DNA of 64,000 bases from an uncultured Gemmatimonadales bacterium (GTDB lineage Bacteria > Gemmatimonadota > Gemmatimonadetes > Longimicrobiales > Longimicrobiaceae), in contig OY970303.1 of NCBI GenBank assembly GCA_963716255.1, forward strand, positions 3,296,001 to 3,360,000, read 5' to 3'. The notes under the pieces were generated by a model. The model was not told the origin of the DNA. It ran no database searches and saw nothing but the letters and a program-made list of their open reading frames with translations. Made by a program: the position numbers and the translations under genes. Every line of letters begins with the position of its first letter. The first letter of the stretch is position 1. Positions 61,385-64,000 of the stretch are shown one piece after another.

Positions 61385-63355
61385 TCACTTGACGATGGCG
61401 TCGACGGTGCCGGTGGTGACGGGGTGGTACAGCGGCCGCGCCTTCTGGTAGATGCGGCGCGCGATGGGCTGCCCCCACTCGCCCTGCGCCATGAGGCTGG
61501 TGAAGAGCGGGGCCACGAACTTGCGCCGCCCCTGGCTGGTGAGGAACTGCTCCACCGCCGGGACCGCCGCCTGGTAGCGGTTCCTCACGGCGATCTGAAG
61601 CCAGGCGAAGAGGATCTCGCTGTTCCCCTGCTGCGACAGCCGGAAGGCGCGGTCCAGGTCGCCGAGCTGTGCCGCGGTCAGCCGCTGCGGCAGGGCGCTC
61701 AGGAAGTGCTGCCACTCCTGGGTGGTCCACCCCTGGGTGCGGAGCTGCGCGGCGGCGGTCCCGCCGGCGAAGCGCTGCGCCTCGGCCGCGACGCGGGTGA
61801 AGGCGTCGGACTGCGCGTGCACGGCGTTCTCGGGGAGGCCGGGCTGGTACACCCAGCGGTCGATCTGCAGGCGCTGCTCCAGCGCGGCGTCGCCGCGGAT
61901 CAGGTTGGCGCGCAGGTCGGCCAGGAAGCGGTCGGTGGTCATGGGCTGGAAGGCGTGCCGGTCGAAGTAGGAGCGCAGGTACGCGTCCCAGCGCTCGCGG
62001 CCCACGGCGGCCTCGACGGTGCGCAGGAAGGTGGCGCCCTTTTCGTAGGCGATCTCGGTCATCCCGGCGTCGGGGTCGCGCCCGGCCAGGTCGATGTGCA
62101 GGCGCGAGTCCGGCGACTGGGGGCCGCCCACGCTCTCGATCTCGCCCTGGAGCTCCTGCCACCCCAGGCTCGCCAGCATGGCGGCGCGCTCGCGGCCGTA
62201 GAGCGCCTCCATGATGCGGTTCTCGAAGTAGGTGGTGAAGCCTTCGTTGAGCCAGAAGTCGCTCCAGGTGGCGTTGGTCACCAGGTTGCCGGACCAGGAG
62301 TGCGCCAGCTCGTGCGCCACCAGCGACACCAGGGAGCGGTCGCCCGCCAGGATGGTGGGGGTGGCGAAGGTGAGCCGCGGGTTCTCCATGCCGCCGAAGG
62401 GGAAGGAGGGGGGCAGCACGAGCAGGTCGTAGCGCCCCCAGCGGTACGGGCCGTACAGGCTCTCGGCGGCGGCCACCATCTTTTCCACGTCGGCCAGCTC
62501 GAATGCGGCCCGGTCCAGCATGGAGGGCTCGGTGTACACGCCGGTGCGCGGCCCCAGCGCGCGGAAGGCGATGTCGCCCACGCCCAGGGCGATGAGGTAC
62601 GGCGGGACCGGGTTGTCCAGCTTGAAGCGGAAGGCCCGCCCGCCCGCCACCGGCTCGCCCTGGGGGGTGAGCATCTCGGCGCTCATCACGGCCCTGAGCT
62701 CGGCCGGCACGGTGATGCGCGCGGCGTACGTCTGGCGGATCCCCGGCGAGTCCTGCGTGGGGATCCAGGTGCGGGTGAGGATGGCCTGCCCCTGGGAGAA
62801 CAGGTACGGGTGGCGCTTGCCGGCGGTCTGCGCGGGGGCGAGCCACTGGAGGGCGCTGGCGCCCGGGCTGGTCTCGTAGCGCACCACGATGCGCCGGGTC
62901 CCCTGCGGGAGCTGCACGGTGAGCGGGGTCCCCAGGATGGAGTCGGCCTGACCGAACGACCACTGGAGGGCGCGCCCGGAGGCGTCGGTCACGCCCTGCA
63001 CGGCGAGGTCGCGGGTGTCCAGGACGATGCTCCCGGCGCCGGGGGCGGTTTCCACGTCCAGGGCGGCGGTGCCGGACAGCTTCTTCGCCGCGAAGTCGGT
63101 GCGCAGGTCCAGCTCCACGTGCGTGACGCGCGCCTCTTCCGGCCGCGCGAAGGAGTGGATGTCGCGCACGGGGGCCGGGGCGGGCTCGGGCGCGGCCGGC
63201 GCGTCGGGCGCCGCGGGGGCGGACGGTGCCGGCTCGGGCGCGGGCGCGGCCGGGACGCCGGGCGCGCAGGCGGCCAGCGCGCCGAGGCAGGCGAGCGCCG
63301 CGCTCCCCGCCGCGCGGCGGGCGAGAGCGGAGCGGAGCAGCGCTACGGGTTGCAT
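61385..63355 (-). CDS. M1 aminopeptidase (leukotriene A4 hydrolase-like) lipoprotein
   Basis: GGMENP, HELAHSW..NEGFT, YEKG, GRRKF; LAAC lipobox. Confidence 0.95.
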   Translation of the reverse strand: MQPVALLRSALARRAAGSAALACLGALAACAPGVPAAPAPEPAPSAPAAPDAPAAPEPAPAPVRDIHSFARPEEARVTHVELDLRTDFAAKKLSGTAALDVETAPGAGSIVLDTRDLAVQGVTDASGRALQWSFGQADSILGTPLTVQLPQGTRRIVVRYETSPGASALQWLAPAQTAGKRHPYLFSQGQAILTRTWIPTQDSPGIRQTYAARITVPAELRAVMSAEMLTPQGEPVAGGRAFRFKLDNPVPPYLIALGVGDIAFRALGPRTGVYTEPSMLDRAAFELADVEKMVAAAESLYGPYRWGRYDLLVLPPSFPFGGMENPRLTFATPTILAGDRSLVSLVAHELAHSWSGNLVTNATWSDFWLNEGFTTYFENRIMEALYGRERAAMLASLGWQELQGEIESVGGPQSPDSRLHIDLAGRDPDAGMTEIAYEKGATFLRTVEAAVGRERWDAYLRSYFDRHAFQPMTTDRFLADLRANLIRGDAALEQRLQIDRWVYQPGLPENAVHAQSDAFTRVAAEAQRFAGGTAAAQLRTQGWTTQEWQHFLSALPQRLTAAQLGDLDRAFRLSQQGNSEILFAWLQIAVRNRYQAAVPAVEQFLTSQGRRKFVAPLFTSLMAQGEWGQPIARRIYQKARPLYHPVTTGTVDAIVK

Positions 63356-63495
63356 TCTCTGTTCGTCGTCGTCGGGGGAGTGGAGCGGCCCGCGGCGCGG
63401 GGGCGCCGCCGGACGGGGCGTAAGACCCGGACGGCGCGAAATCTGTTCCCTCGGCCCGCGGGTGGGTTCGCCCCGCGGACGCCAGTGCGATCCCC

Positions 63496-63621
63496 GCGTG
63501 AGGGATTTCGGCCCGGAGGGGCGAGACCCGCGCAGTTTGCGGGGCTCGACTCCGTTGAGCAGCGTTGTTTGCTGCTCTACGGAGCCGAAGCCCGACCCCG
63601 GCGCCAGCCGGGGGCACGCCC
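63496..63621 (+). ncRNA. Structured repeat family 1, copy I
   Basis: Near-identical to copy H with a shorter second hairpin. Confidence 0.7.
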
Positions 63622-63644
63622 GAACCCGCCCTTCCGGAAAGCCC

Positions 63645-64000
63645 CTACAACGGCATCCCCAGCCGCTCCGCGGCACGACTCCGGTACAGGCGGCTCAGGT
63701 GCAGCTCGGTGCCGTCCAGCAGCGAAACCCGGTAGTCGCCGCCGAACCAGGGACGCAGCTCCCGCACGCGGTCCAGGTTGACGATGGTGGAGCGGTGCAC
63801 GCGCAGGAAGCGGCGCGGGTCCAGGCGCGCCTCCAGCTCGGCCATGGTCTCGCGCACACGGTACGCTTCGGCGCCCACGTGCAGCTCGGCGTAGTTGCCC
63901 CGCGCGCCCACCCAGTCGATCTCGCCGGCGCGCAGGAACAGGATGCGTCCCTCGGCGCGCACCAGCAGCCGCTCCACCGGGGGCGGCGCCTCCGCGGCGG
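63645..64000 (-). CDS. LytTR response regulator, C-terminal part
   Basis: IDWV.ARGNY, RETM..LE.RLDP..FLRVHRS.IVN, LSRLY. Confidence 0.9.
   Translation of the reverse strand, partial: AAEAPPPVERLLVRAEGRILFLRAGEIDWVGARGNYAELHVGAEAYRVRETMAELEARLDPRRFLRVHRSTIVNLDRVRELRPWFGGDYRVSLLDGTELHLSRLYRSRAAERLGMPL

Overview
High-GC bacterial chromosomal window. Gene content and repeat style suggest Gemmatimonadota (Longimicrobium-like), which is an inference. It holds about 58 CDS (peptidases, transporters, nadE, GH15, an Old Yellow Enzyme, Dyp, regulators), one tRNA-Asp, three pseudogenes (hicA, ligD, AlbA_2/RecG-C) and four small lower-GC islets with no integrase. The best candidate for an undescribed system is a RiPP-like locus at 42203-47697. 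It has a small 66-aa precursor, absent from the ORF track as its own ORF, with canonical lasso-leader spacing (Y-17, P-14, L-12, G-8, T-2), a PqqD/RRE protein, an HPr-type kinase and a nucleotidyltransferase fused to a lasso B2 leader peptidase. A large HEXXH lipoprotein is co-transcribed with the precursor. There is no lasso cyclase in the window, and the core cannot form a lasso ring. The second highlight is a ~129-nt multi-stem element (Flavo-1-like by recollection) in 8 full copies plus 1 deleted copy, with strong compensatory covariation and a fixed polarity behind stop codons. Also notable: a possible gasdermin-like protein, a CxxC-less REC-TrxB/histidine kinase operon, and readable Rrf2, CarH and MarR operators. 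Start codons were chosen by eye and no database searches were run.
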